Positions 32,140-41,798 of a stretch of DNA of 64,000 bases are shown here, in pieces; position 1 is the first letter of the stretch; each line of letters starts with the position of its first letter. Source of the stretch: Microcoleus sp. (GTDB lineage: Bacteria > Cyanobacteriota > Cyanobacteriia > Cyanobacteriales > Microcoleaceae). Location of the stretch: contig CP181291.1 in NCBI GenBank assembly GCA_052279835.1, forward strand, positions 2,688,001 through 2,752,000, given 5' to 3'. Both the position numbers and the translations under genes were made by a program. Under the pieces are notes generated by a model that saw nothing but the letters and a program-made list of their open reading frames with translations, searched no databases and was not told the origin of the DNA.

Positions 32140-32613
32140 ATGAACAAGTTAATTCCATCCGTTTTCCTCTCGTCTGTTCTCCTCCTTGCTACAACTCAAA
32201 GCACTTTTTATAAAAGTGTTAACGCTCAGTCATTCCAACGCAATCGTCCAGATTTAAACGGTCTGCTAGTTAGAAATCCGGGTAATGGTATGATTTTCTG
32301 GGTTGACCGTGGTCAGCGCCGCCATATCGCAGGTCCCAGTATATATACAAGATTGTTTGTACCCAAACATCGAGATTATTTAGAAACCGATGTCATTGAA
32401 CCCGGACCATCTATAACAAATGATAACAGACTTGTCCGTTGTGGAGAAAACGAACATCCTTTGAAAAACCGTATATACCTTTTAGACCAGAATACAAAAA
32501 GGCACGTCACCTCTCCAACTGTTATGGATAAGAATAACTTTAACGGGAAAGGGGTTAATACTATTGATTGTCCGGTTCTAGCTACGATAAAAGACGGAGA
32601 GCCTATCCGGTAG
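32140..32613 (+). CDS. Secreted protein with two internal repeats
   Basis: Signal peptide ending VNA-Q; LVRN...IFWVDRGQRRHIAGP and LVRC...IYLLDQNTKRHVTSP. Confidence 0.7.
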   Translation: MNKLIPSVFLSSVLLLATTQSTFYKSVNAQSFQRNRPDLNGLLVRNPGNGMIFWVDRGQRRHIAGPSIYTRLFVPKHRDYLETDVIEPGPSITNDNRLVRCGENEHPLKNRIYLLDQNTKRHVTSPTVMDKNNFNGKGVNTIDCPVLATIKDGEPIR

Positions 32614-32740
32614 AGTAGTCAAAAAGAAGCAAGGGTTGCAGACTTCATAACTGTCATTCTTCGCTGAACCTTTTAGCTACCACTAGCGATCGCATTTAGT
32701 TTTAGCAAGGTGGGCATTACACCCACCCTACTATTATAAT

Positions 32741-32790
32741 CTACGCACCAGCAGCTTTCTTGGCTGTGTAAAACACCTCAGCATTAATTT
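32741..32790 (-). pseudogene. Displaced duplicate of the chlB 3' end
   Basis: 43/50 nt identical to 33697-33746; reads INAEVFYTAKKAAGA* vs [15 protein letters not shown]. Confidence 0.85.
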
Positions 32791-32817
32791 GAGAAATAGT
32801 GCGATCGCGCCTTTCTT

Positions 32818-33309
32818 TCAAGAAACCTCAACAGTCTTTAGATCTTCAACCTTATCCCCAACTGAATTGCGCCCCTTACCCCGACGCTGTAAAAGTGCAT
32901 CTATACCAGGATTAATCACTTCCTCAACCTCTCCATTATCACCATAAATCACCACATCAAGCCATTGCGCCTTTGCGATTCCTACTGCATATTTAAGCGC
33001 AGATTCCTGAGTGGGAAATACTCTCTCCACTGACTCAATACTTCTCTCAGTTACAACCCAACCATCTTGATGAGGTGAAACGTGCAACTTATGATTTAAT
33101 TCTTTCTCAACTCGTTGTCGCAAACCCATTATAGTAATGCCGACAATTGTTTCACTATCCTCATTGTAACGGGCAATTACGCTATCACTAATGTCTAAAG
33201 CTACAGCATCTCGTGGTTCTCCTAATGAAAGATAGAAAACATCAGCTTCCCGATCGTAGAAACCTGTAATATTTGTGGAATCTTCCATAATTTTTACTCT
33301 TGTGTCCAT
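32818..33309 (-). CDS. Putative antitoxin: DUF2283 domain fused to a DUF2188-like domain
   Basis: YDREADVFYLSL...IVGITIMG; HVSPHQDGWVV...FPTQESA...YGDNGEVEE. Confidence 0.7.
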   Translation of the reverse strand: MDTRVKIMEDSTNITGFYDREADVFYLSLGEPRDAVALDISDSVIARYNEDSETIVGITIMGLRQRVEKELNHKLHVSPHQDGWVVTERSIESVERVFPTQESALKYAVGIAKAQWLDVVIYGDNGEVEEVINPGIDALLQRRGKGRNSVGDKVEDLKTVEVS

Positions 33310-33632
33310 ATTATTCGCTTATTTGATGATGGCTGTTTTCTAAGGTAAGCTGTTGTAATAAATCCATCTGAGTTACTTACTTCGAGATACACCACTACCA
33401 CAAATTTCCTACTATCGGGAATTAGGGAATAAAATCGCAGAGCAAGCAAGCCACCTGTAACGTCATCAATTTGAATGAGATCGGGATTCTCTAAAGTTTC
33501 TAAAACTCGCTCGTATTGAGCTTGCATCTCAGGGTGTTGTTGCAATATATGCTGCCATCGCTCTCTAGTGAGGCGGATTGGAACATTATTGAATGAATAG
33601 CCACTCCAAAGTAGATTACTATCCTGCATCAT
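33294..33632 (-). CDS. Putative BECR-fold RNase toxin (PBECR2/BrnT-like)
   Basis: IRLTRERWQHILQQHPEM...LENPDLI...VVVVY...GFITTAY; overlaps the downstream gene. Confidence 0.65.
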   Translation of the reverse strand: MMQDSNLLWSGYSFNNVPIRLTRERWQHILQQHPEMQAQYERVLETLENPDLIQIDDVTGGLLALRFYSLIPDSRKFVVVVYLEVSNSDGFITTAYLRKQPSSNKRIIWTQE

Positions 33633-33657
33633 TTTATCGGAAATTTTATAAATAAGC

Positions 33658-33682
33658 AAGGGCATCTACAAGAGATGCCCTT
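33658..33682 (-). terminator. Hairpin after chlB
   Basis: AAGGGCATCT-ACAAG-AGATGCCCTT. Confidence 0.6.
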
Positions 33683-33696
33683 ACCCCACTCATAAC

Positions 33697-35223
33697 CTAG
33701 GCGCCAACAGCTTCCTTGGCCGCGTAAAGCACCTCAGCATTAATTTTCTCAATTCCTCGTTCCCGCGCGAACTTCTCAGTATTTCGCTTGACTTTCCCGC
33801 GCACAAAACCAGGGATTTTATTCAATTCCGCCTGTCCATCCTTCGTCCAATTCATGTCAGAATCAGCCGAAATTCCCTTAGTAATCACTTCCTTGGTATC
33901 GTGACCGCCGAAGATTTCCAGCAAGTGGTCTTCCATTCCCAAAGTGAAGGAATTGTACACCAAATCTACGCACTGATTCGTGCCTTCATAACCCAAAAAT
34001 GGCTTGTAGCCGATCGGGAAATTTTGGACATGAATCGGCGCAGCAATCACACCGCACGGAATATCCAACCGCTTACCGACGTGACGTTCCATTTGCGTGC
34101 CGAAAATCGCGGAAGGTTCCGCTTTGGCGATCGCATCTCCGATCGCCCCGTGATCGTCGGTAACAATCACCTCATCGCAATACTCGCTTACCTGTTCCCG
34201 GAACCAGTCAGCATCGTGTTTGCAGTAGGTTCCTGCCCACACAACGTGGATTCCCATCTCGCGAGCCAAAATCTTCGTCATGGCTGCTGCGTGGGTATTA
34301 TCGCCAAATACAACGGCTTTTTTGCCTGTTAAGTTTTGACAGTCGATCGACCTGGAAAACCAAGCAGCCTGAGACACAAATCTTGTTTGTTGGTCGATGA
34401 AATTTTCGTAATCAACCTCAGCACCTTGGGCATTCAATACTTGCTGAATTTTGCGAATACAACGGGCCGTTTCTACCACACCCATGGGGGTAATATCCAC
34501 CATCGGCGTGCCGAATTCTGTTTGCAAATACTCTCCGGCCATCATCCCTAATTCGCGATAGGGAACCAAGTTAAACCAGGCCCGCGGTAGTCTTTTTAAG
34601 TTATGAACTGAAGCGCCTTCGGGAATAACTTCGTTGACTTCGATGCCCAAATCTGCCATCAAACGCTTCAACTCGGTGCAGTCGTGGTGGTTGTGGAAAC
34701 CCAGCGTAGACATCCCGATGATGTTGACTGATGGTTTTTCGCTTTTGGTTTCTACTAAATCGCCTTTTTTGCGGGCTTTGTTGATGTAAAATTTGACGAT
34801 TTGTTCTAAAGTGCGATCGGCTGCTTGGAGTTCATTTACTCGATAGTGGTTAACATCAGCCAACAACACATCGCCTTTGGCTTCCAATTGAGCTCGCTCC
34901 ACGAAGTTTTCTAAGTCTTCTTGCAGAATGCTGGAGGTGCAAGTGGGAGTCAAAACGATTAAATCTGGGTGTTCTTCTCTGTCTTTACGGGTGATATTGT
35001 CCACCACTCGTTCCTGGGAACCGCGGGCGAGTACGTGTCTGTCAACGACGCTGGTGGTGACTGGGGTGAAGTCCCGTTCTCTTTCCAGCATGGAACGCAT
35101 GACGTTGAAGTAATCGTCTCCGATGGGTGCGTGCATGATTGCATGGACGTTTTTGAAGGAACTAGCAACGCGCAGGGTGCCAATGTGGGCTGGGCCTGCG
35201 TACATCCAATAAGCCAATTTCAT
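33697..35223 (-). CDS. chlB: Light-independent protochlorophyllide reductase subunit B
   Basis: [18 protein letters not shown]...[18 protein letters not shown]-terminal [19 protein letters not shown]. Confidence 0.98.
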   Translation of the reverse strand: MKLAYWMYAGPAHIGTLRVASSFKNVHAIMHAPIGDDYFNVMRSMLERERDFTPVTTSVVDRHVLARGSQERVVDNITRKDREEHPDLIVLTPTCTSSILQEDLENFVERAQLEAKGDVLLADVNHYRVNELQAADRTLEQIVKFYINKARKKGDLVETKSEKPSVNIIGMSTLGFHNHHDCTELKRLMADLGIEVNEVIPEGASVHNLKRLPRAWFNLVPYRELGMMAGEYLQTEFGTPMVDITPMGVVETARCIRKIQQVLNAQGAEVDYENFIDQQTRFVSQAAWFSRSIDCQNLTGKKAVVFGDNTHAAAMTKILAREMGIHVVWAGTYCKHDADWFREQVSEYCDEVIVTDDHGAIGDAIAKAEPSAIFGTQMERHVGKRLDIPCGVIAAPIHVQNFPIGYKPFLGYEGTNQCVDLVYNSFTLGMEDHLLEIFGGHDTKEVITKGISADSDMNWTKDGQAELNKIPGFVRGKVKRNTEKFARERGIEKINAEVLYAAKEAVGA

Positions 35224-35910
35224 AGGTATTTTTCCTTGTGCTGGTTGAGAATTGCTCGATCGGGCGATTACTGCTAAATTTTAGGGTTGTTTCCGATTCT
35301 CTCACCGAATGAATCCTTTAGAAATAGTGAGTTTCTCTAGATTTGTTGATTTGGGCGATCGGTCAAACCCTCTTCCTGCTAAGGATTTGACCCCTAAATA
35401 AAATAACTTTGCTCGGCTTTTATTGCAATAATTCTTAATGTTTTGTCAATTTTCGTTAACAGCTAGGCAAATTCAATTCCTATAACCTAGATATTAAATG
35501 CTTACATGATTCCTCACAGCTAGATATTAATCAATTTAATTGATTTTTTAGAGCCTACTATAAATACTATTAATATAGTAAAATACGCATTTATTTGAAA
35601 ATTTCTTCCATACTGACGCAAAAGCTGCAAGTCTTGTGATTAATCATACAAATTCCTGAAAAATCCGGTTGGGGCGGGGAAGTCCAGAATCATTGTGCAG
35701 CGAGTATACAGCAATGATTTCATTCTTTAATCTAAAATACTAGGAACTCTCTATGGCTGACTCCTGTGGATGCCAAAATCCCTACGGTGGGAGGCTACCG
35801 GTAGTGGTTTGCTGTCAAGGCCCACTTTCCCACGCATCCCAAAAAACAGCTCTTGAGTGATAATGGAGAGTAATATTAACTTAGCACACCTAATTTCAGA
35901 GAACCCAACT

Positions 35911-38900
35911 ATGATGGCAATTCCCGGCGTTGCAGTTCTCGCTCTCATTTATGAAAGCAGCACATCCCTGGTTTACCGCGGCCGGGATGAGCAGAACAAT
36001 CAGCCTGTTATTATAAAACTTATCAAAGAAGACTATCCGACTCCAGAAGAGCTGAATAGATATCGGCGCGAATATCAAATTACTGCCAGCTTAAAGTTAG
36101 ACGGAGTGGTAACAGTCCACAAGTTGCTATCTGTGAGAAATAGTTTGGCAATGATTTTAGAAGATTTTGGCGGCGAATCTTTGAGAATCTTCATGGCTTC
36201 CCAAAAATTCACAATTTTAGGATTTTTAACTACTGCCATCAAAATTGCTGAAACCTTGGGAGAAATTCACGCTAAAAATGTAATTCACAAAGATATTAAC
36301 CCCGGTAATATTGTTTTTAACTCAGCTACTGGCAAAGTCAAACTCATAGATTTTAGTATTTCCACTTCCAGCGAATTGGATAACATTCCCAATAAAGACC
36401 CTAATTTTTTAGAAGGTACTTTAGCCTATATGTCGCCGGAACAAACCGGTAGAATGAACCGGGTAATAGATTATCGCACCGACTTCTATTCCTTGGGTGT
36501 CACCTTCTATGAAATTATGGCAGGACAACTCCCTTTTAACACAGCCGATCCCATGGAGTTGGTTCATTGTCATATCGCTAAACAGCCAGTACCTCTTAAG
36601 GAAATTGCACCGGAAATCCCTCAAGCTGTTTCAGATATTGTGATGAAATTGTTAGCCAAAACTGCTGATGAACGCTATCAAAGCGCCTGGGGACTGAAAG
36701 CAGATTTGGAATCTTGTCTGTTTCAGTTGCAGACATCGGGGTTGATTTCTGAGTTTACTCTCGGTAGTCAAGACATTTCCGATAAATTTAAAATACCTCA
36801 AAAATTATACGGCAGACAGCGAGAAGTAGAAACTCTTTTAGCAGCATTTGAACGGGTAGCCGCCACAAATTATCGTTCTAACCGTCGCACCGAACACTCT
36901 CAAATTGCTGTGATTAATAAAGATGTAAAATCCACAGCAGAAACTTCTCAATTATTGCTAACCCGAAGAGAATATCATAAATCCCGCAGCGAGATGATGC
37001 TAATTGCTGGTTATTCCGGTATTGGCAAATCCGCCATGGTGAAAATTTTAGAAAAACCGATTACTTGCAGACAGGGATATTTTATCTGGGGTAAGTTTGA
37101 CCAGTACAAACGGACGATTCCTTACTCGGCGGTTGTGATCGCTTTTTCAGAACTGGTGCGACAGCTTTTAACTGAAAGTGAAACGCAGTTAGCAGTGTGG
37201 CGGGAAAAACTTCGCAGCGCTTTCGGCCAAAATGGGCAAATTATTATTGATGTCATTCCCGAAGTAGAACTGATTGTGGGACCTCAGTCTCCTGTAGTTG
37301 AATTAGGGCCAACGGAGTCTCTAAATCGCTTTAATCTGGTTTTTCAAAATTTTATTCGCGTATTTTGTCAGCCAGAACATCCCCTGGTAATTTTTCTGGA
37401 CGATTTGCAGTGGGCTGATTCGGCGACTCTCAAGTTGATCGAGTTGATGATGACAGATGAGGCTACGCAATATCTGTTTTTAATTGGGGCTTATCGCGAT
37501 AATGAAGTCAGTCCCACTCATCCTTTAATGATGACTGTCGAGACGCTGCGAAATCAAGAAGCAATTGTCAATCAGATTGCTTTATTGCCACTGGGAGTGG
37601 ACAATATAACTCATTTAATTGCAGAGACTTTGCATAGCGATCGAGAATCTGTCAAACCTTTAGCTGAGCTTGTTGTCAGCAAAACTGATGGCAATCCTTT
37701 TTTTGTAAATCAATTTTTACATACATTATATCAGGAAGACTTGCTGGTTTTTCATCCGCCTCTGTCGGGAAATAAAGGCGGCTGGCATTGGGACATAAAT
37801 CAAATAGAGCAGTGCGCTATCACTGATAATGTGGTAGATTTGATGGTGCAAAAGTTAAGAAAACTGCCCAGTCCCACTCAGCAAGTTTTGCGTTTAGTAG
37901 CTTGTTTGGGTAATGAATTTGACTTAAATACCCTGTCTTTAATTAATGAAAAAGAAGCTTCAGAAACTTTTTCCCAGTTGTTACCAGCGATTAAGTCGGG
38001 ATTGATTTTGCCAAGTTCGGAGTTGGAAAGTAAGTCCTTAGATTATGTGATGTTTCCGCTGTTGATTCTCAATTATAAATTTTTACATGACCGGGTACAA
38101 CAAGCAGCCTATGCTTTAATTGATGATTCGGAAAAAAAAGCTGTTCACCTGAAAATAGGTAGGCAAATATTAGAAAATACTCCCACTGAATATCGGGCTG
38201 ACAGAATCTTTGAATTGGTCGATCACTTGAATGTGGCTCGAACTTTAATCGGGGAAGATAAAGAATTAATTGAACTGGCGACGTTGAATTTAGACGCGGC
38301 AAGGCGAGCGAAAGATGCGACAGCTTATGTTTCAGCTTTACAGTATTTAACCGCAGGTATGGACGGCTTGACGGAGGATATTTGGGATTCCCACTATGAC
38401 TTAGCCTTTGCTTTGCATATGGAACGAGCAAATGTTGAGTATTTAAACGGTTATTTTGAAAAATCCGAAGGGTTTATCAATATAACTTTACAAAAAGCCC
38501 GATCGCCTTTAGAGAAAGTAGAAATTTACAACCTACTGATCGTACAGTATACCCTGCGCGCCAAGTACGAGGATGCAGTCAAAGCGGGCATCAAAGCCTT
38601 GAACTTGCTGGGTATCGATTTGCCCCTAGATGGGCTGCAAACCGTGATTTCTGAAGAATTTGAGGCAGCCAAGAGCATTTTGGGCGATCGCGAAATTGCT
38701 TCATTGATTGACGCCCCGGAAATGACTATCCCAGAAAAAAAAGTTGCCGTTAAATTAATCACAAATTTACTAACATCAGCCTACCTCAACAATCCAGATT
38801 TGTGGAAAGTCAGCGTTTTAAAAGGACTAAATCTTTCTCTCAAATACGGTTTAGTACCCGAAGCATCTCTTTGTTACGCAGGTTATGGTATGTTTTTGAA

Positions 38901-41427
38901 TGCGGTTTCAGGAGATTACAAAACCGCCTATCAATTTGCCATGCTGTCGCTGAATTTGAGCGAAAAATCTGGGAACTTGGGTCTAAAATGTCGAGCCTGT
39001 TCATCCCTAGTCAGTATTTTTCATTACTGGTTCAATCATATCAAAGAAGCTTACGCAATTAGTAATGAAGGATATCAAGCAGCCTTAGAATCTGGGGATT
39101 TAGAATATGCAGGTTATATTCTGTCTAACCGCATCGCCAATTATTTTTTTCAAGGCAGAGATATTGCCCAAGTGCTCGCAGATACCAAAGGATATTTGCA
39201 ATTTAGCCAAAAAACCAAAAATCAACTGGTAACTGATACATTATTAGGAGTTGAGTTAATCCTCTGTAACCTCAGCAAACTCACTACTGACAAACTGGTT
39301 TTTGAGAACGAAGAAATTACCGAACTTGAGTATGTATACAATTGTCAAGCCCATCAAAATTTGTACTCGCTGTGCTTGTATCAAATTCGTAAATGCCAGG
39401 TATTGTACTTGTATGGTAACTACAAGGAAGCATTACAATTAGCTTTGGAAGTAGAAAAGCAGCTTTCCTTTATTACAGGAGCTATACCCGCCACCGAATG
39501 GAATTTTTACTTTTCGTTAGTGCTAATCGCTGTCTATCCCAATGTTTCTAAGTCAGAGCAAACGCTGTATTTAGAGAAGTTAGAAAAGAATCAAAGAGAG
39601 ATGAAAATTTGGGCAGATAACTGTCCAGAAAATTTTCTCCACAAGCACGTTTTAGTGCAAGCAGAAATAGCCAGAATTTCCAAAAAAGACTCAGAAGCTG
39701 TCGAATTGTACGACTTCGCCATCACTTTAGCTCAAGACAATGAGTTTGTCCAAAATGAAGCCTTGGCTAATGAACTAGCAGCCAAATATTGGTTAAATAA
39801 AGGCAAATATCAATATGCTAAAATTCACTTACGGGATGCTCATTCCTGCTACCAACGCTGGGGTGCCACCCGAAAAGTAGATGATTTAGAACAAAAATAT
39901 CCCCAGTTGCGGGAAATGACACCTCTCAACGGCAATTTTGCCCTCAACCAAACTACCACAACTATTCATACTTCTACTGGTAGCGATGCGAGGGCCTTGG
40001 ATTTAGCAACGGTAATGAAGGCTTCTCTGGCAATTTCTAGCGAAATTGTCCTGGATAAGTTGCTGGCTTCTTTGATGAGAATCTCCCTGGAAAATGCGGG
40101 TGCTCAATTAGGTTTTCTGATTTTAGTCAGAGAGGGAAAACTTTTAATTTTAGCGAAAGCTTCAGTATTTGCCGAAGATGTCACCATGTTGCCATTTACG
40201 CCTCTTGAGGAATGTCAGGATTTACCTGTGACGGTGATTAATTATGTGGAAAGGACTCGCTCGGACTTGGTGTTGAGCAATGCGGCCGCGGAGGGACTAT
40301 TTACGGCAGATCCCTACGTCGCCCAGCACCAACTCCAATCTATTTTGTGTACTCCCATTGTGAATCGAGGCAAACTGATCGGCATTCTTTATTTGGAAAA
40401 TAATTTGACTATCGGTGCTTTTACTCCTCACAGATTGGAAGTTTTAAGGTTGCTTTCTTCCCAAGTTGCTATTTCTTTAGAAAATGCTCTGCTTTACAAT
40501 TCTGTGGAGCAGAAAGTCCAAGAGCGGACGCAGGAGTTAAATGAAAAGAATGAGAGTTTAGAACAAACTTTGCGCGAGCTAAAACTCACTCAAGCTCAAT
40601 TGATTCAAACCGAAAAAATGTCTAGTCTGGGGCAAATGGTGGCTGGTGTAGCTCACGAGATTAATAATCCTGTAAGTTTTATCTATGGAAATCTGACACC
40701 AGCGGGCGAATATGTCCAAGATTTGCTGAAATTGATTGAGCTTTACCAGCAGCACTATCCAGATCCTAGCGATGAAATTATCGATGAGATTGAAACTATT
40801 GAACTGGAATTTTTGATCGAAGATTTGCAAAAGTTGCTGGATTCTATGAAGGTGGGAGCTGAAAGAATTCGCGATATTGTGTTGAGTTTGCGGAATTTTT
40901 CGCGTTTAGATGAAGCGGAAATGAAGTCGGTTGATATTCATCAAGGGATTGACAGTACGGTGATGCTGTTGCAGCCTCGTCTGAGAAAGGAGGGCGGGCG
41001 TTTGGGGATTGAGGTGATTAGAAATTACGGGAATTTGCCGTTAATTACTTGTTATGCGTCGCAGTTGAATCAGGTGTTTATGAATATCTTGACCAATGCG
41101 ATCGATGCGCTGTTGTTGGTCAGAGATAGCCCGGAAAATTATCAACAAAAGCCTGCTATTACGATCGCTACGGAGGTGACGGACCGGAGTTCGGCGATAA
41201 TTAGAATCCGGGATACGGGTCCTGGGATGACCACGGAGGTGCTGCACAAGATTTTTGACCCGTTTTTTACGACTAAACCTGTGGGTTCTGGTACGGGTTT
41301 GGGATTGTCTATTTGTCACTCCATTGTGGTGAGTTCTCATGGTGGGAAATTGACTTGTGTTTCTGCACCGGGAGAGGGGAGTGAGTTTATTATTGAAATT
41401 CCCATCGCCCCACGGCAAGTGATCTAA
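35911..41427 (+). CDS. Hybrid Ser/Thr kinase - AAA ATPase - GAF - histidine kinase (HstK-like)
   Basis: HKDINPGN, YMSPEQTGRMNR, GYSGIGKS, FLDDLQWAD, GAF, AGVAHEINNP, GSGTGLGL. Confidence 0.93.
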   Translation: MMAIPGVAVLALIYESSTSLVYRGRDEQNNQPVIIKLIKEDYPTPEELNRYRREYQITASLKLDGVVTVHKLLSVRNSLAMILEDFGGESLRIFMASQKFTILGFLTTAIKIAETLGEIHAKNVIHKDINPGNIVFNSATGKVKLIDFSISTSSELDNIPNKDPNFLEGTLAYMSPEQTGRMNRVIDYRTDFYSLGVTFYEIMAGQLPFNTADPMELVHCHIAKQPVPLKEIAPEIPQAVSDIVMKLLAKTADERYQSAWGLKADLESCLFQLQTSGLISEFTLGSQDISDKFKIPQKLYGRQREVETLLAAFERVAATNYRSNRRTEHSQIAVINKDVKSTAETSQLLLTRREYHKSRSEMMLIAGYSGIGKSAMVKILEKPITCRQGYFIWGKFDQYKRTIPYSAVVIAFSELVRQLLTESETQLAVWREKLRSAFGQNGQIIIDVIPEVELIVGPQSPVVELGPTESLNRFNLVFQNFIRVFCQPEHPLVIFLDDLQWADSATLKLIELMMTDEATQYLFLIGAYRDNEVSPTHPLMMTVETLRNQEAIVNQIALLPLGVDNITHLIAETLHSDRESVKPLAELVVSKTDGNPFFVNQFLHTLYQEDLLVFHPPLSGNKGGWHWDINQIEQCAITDNVVDLMVQKLRKLPSPTQQVLRLVACLGNEFDLNTLSLINEKEASETFSQLLPAIKSGLILPSSELESKSLDYVMFPLLILNYKFLHDRVQQAAYALIDDSEKKAVHLKIGRQILENTPTEYRADRIFELVDHLNVARTLIGEDKELIELATLNLDAARRAKDATAYVSALQYLTAGMDGLTEDIWDSHYDLAFALHMERANVEYLNGYFEKSEGFINITLQKARSPLEKVEIYNLLIVQYTLRAKYEDAVKAGIKALNLLGIDLPLDGLQTVISEEFEAAKSILGDREIASLIDAPEMTIPEKKVAVKLITNLLTSAYLNNPDLWKVSVLKGLNLSLKYGLVPEASLCYAGYGMFLNAVSGDYKTAYQFAMLSLNLSEKSGNLGLKCRACSSLVSIFHYWFNHIKEAYAISNEGYQAALESGDLEYAGYILSNRIANYFFQGRDIAQVLADTKGYLQFSQKTKNQLVTDTLLGVELILCNLSKLTTDKLVFENEEITELEYVYNCQAHQNLYSLCLYQIRKCQVLYLYGNYKEALQLALEVEKQLSFITGAIPATEWNFYFSLVLIAVYPNVSKSEQTLYLEKLEKNQREMKIWADNCPENFLHKHVLVQAEIARISKKDSEAVELYDFAITLAQDNEFVQNEALANELAAKYWLNKGKYQYAKIHLRDAHSCYQRWGATRKVDDLEQKYPQLREMTPLNGNFALNQTTTTIHTSTGSDARALDLATVMKASLAISSEIVLDKLLASLMRISLENAGAQLGFLILVREGKLLILAKASVFAEDVTMLPFTPLEECQDLPVTVINYVERTRSDLVLSNAAAEGLFTADPYVAQHQLQSILCTPIVNRGKLIGILYLENNLTIGAFTPHRLEVLRLLSSQVAISLENALLYNSVEQKVQERTQELNEKNESLEQTLRELKLTQAQLIQTEKMSSLGQMVAGVAHEINNPVSFIYGNLTPAGEYVQDLLKLIELYQQHYPDPSDEIIDEIETIELEFLIEDLQKLLDSMKVGAERIRDIVLSLRNFSRLDEAEMKSVDIHQGIDSTVMLLQPRLRKEGGRLGIEVIRNYGNLPLITCYASQLNQVFMNILTNAIDALLLVRDSPENYQQKPAITIATEVTDRSSAIIRIRDTGPGMTTEVLHKIFDPFFTTKPVGSGTGLGLSICHSIVVSSHGGKLTCVSAPGEGSEFIIEIPIAPRQVI

Positions 41428-41442
41428 AAAACATAGCCCATA

Positions 41443-41558
41443 ATATCAAATCCTCTCTTCATCGGAATTATTCATCTCTCTTGTCTCTCTCTTGTCTCTC
41501 TCTGCGTTCTGGAGCGTCCTCTGCGGTTACATCATTCCGATGCAATCGAAAACCATAT
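41443..41558. repeat. MITE-like element, family C
   Basis: ATATCAAATCCTCTCTTCATCG is the exact reverse complement of the end of 60319-60454. Confidence 0.75.
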
Positions 41559-41798
41559 AACAACAGGCTTTATCCCCCTGCTGGCACTGGAAAGTCGGGG
41601 ATTTGAGCATTTTGACAGATGACTTAATTTGACTTAAAACCGAAAATTACCATAAATCACTCGATCGGGTGAGTCCCTAGGATTCGGCGAACAGGGATGC
41701 CCGATCGCTCACTTGTGTAGTACACTTGTAACTTAGCTACCTACAGAGTACAGTTTCAGATTTAAGTGTTTGCAAGGGTTCTATCTCAACAAAAATTT

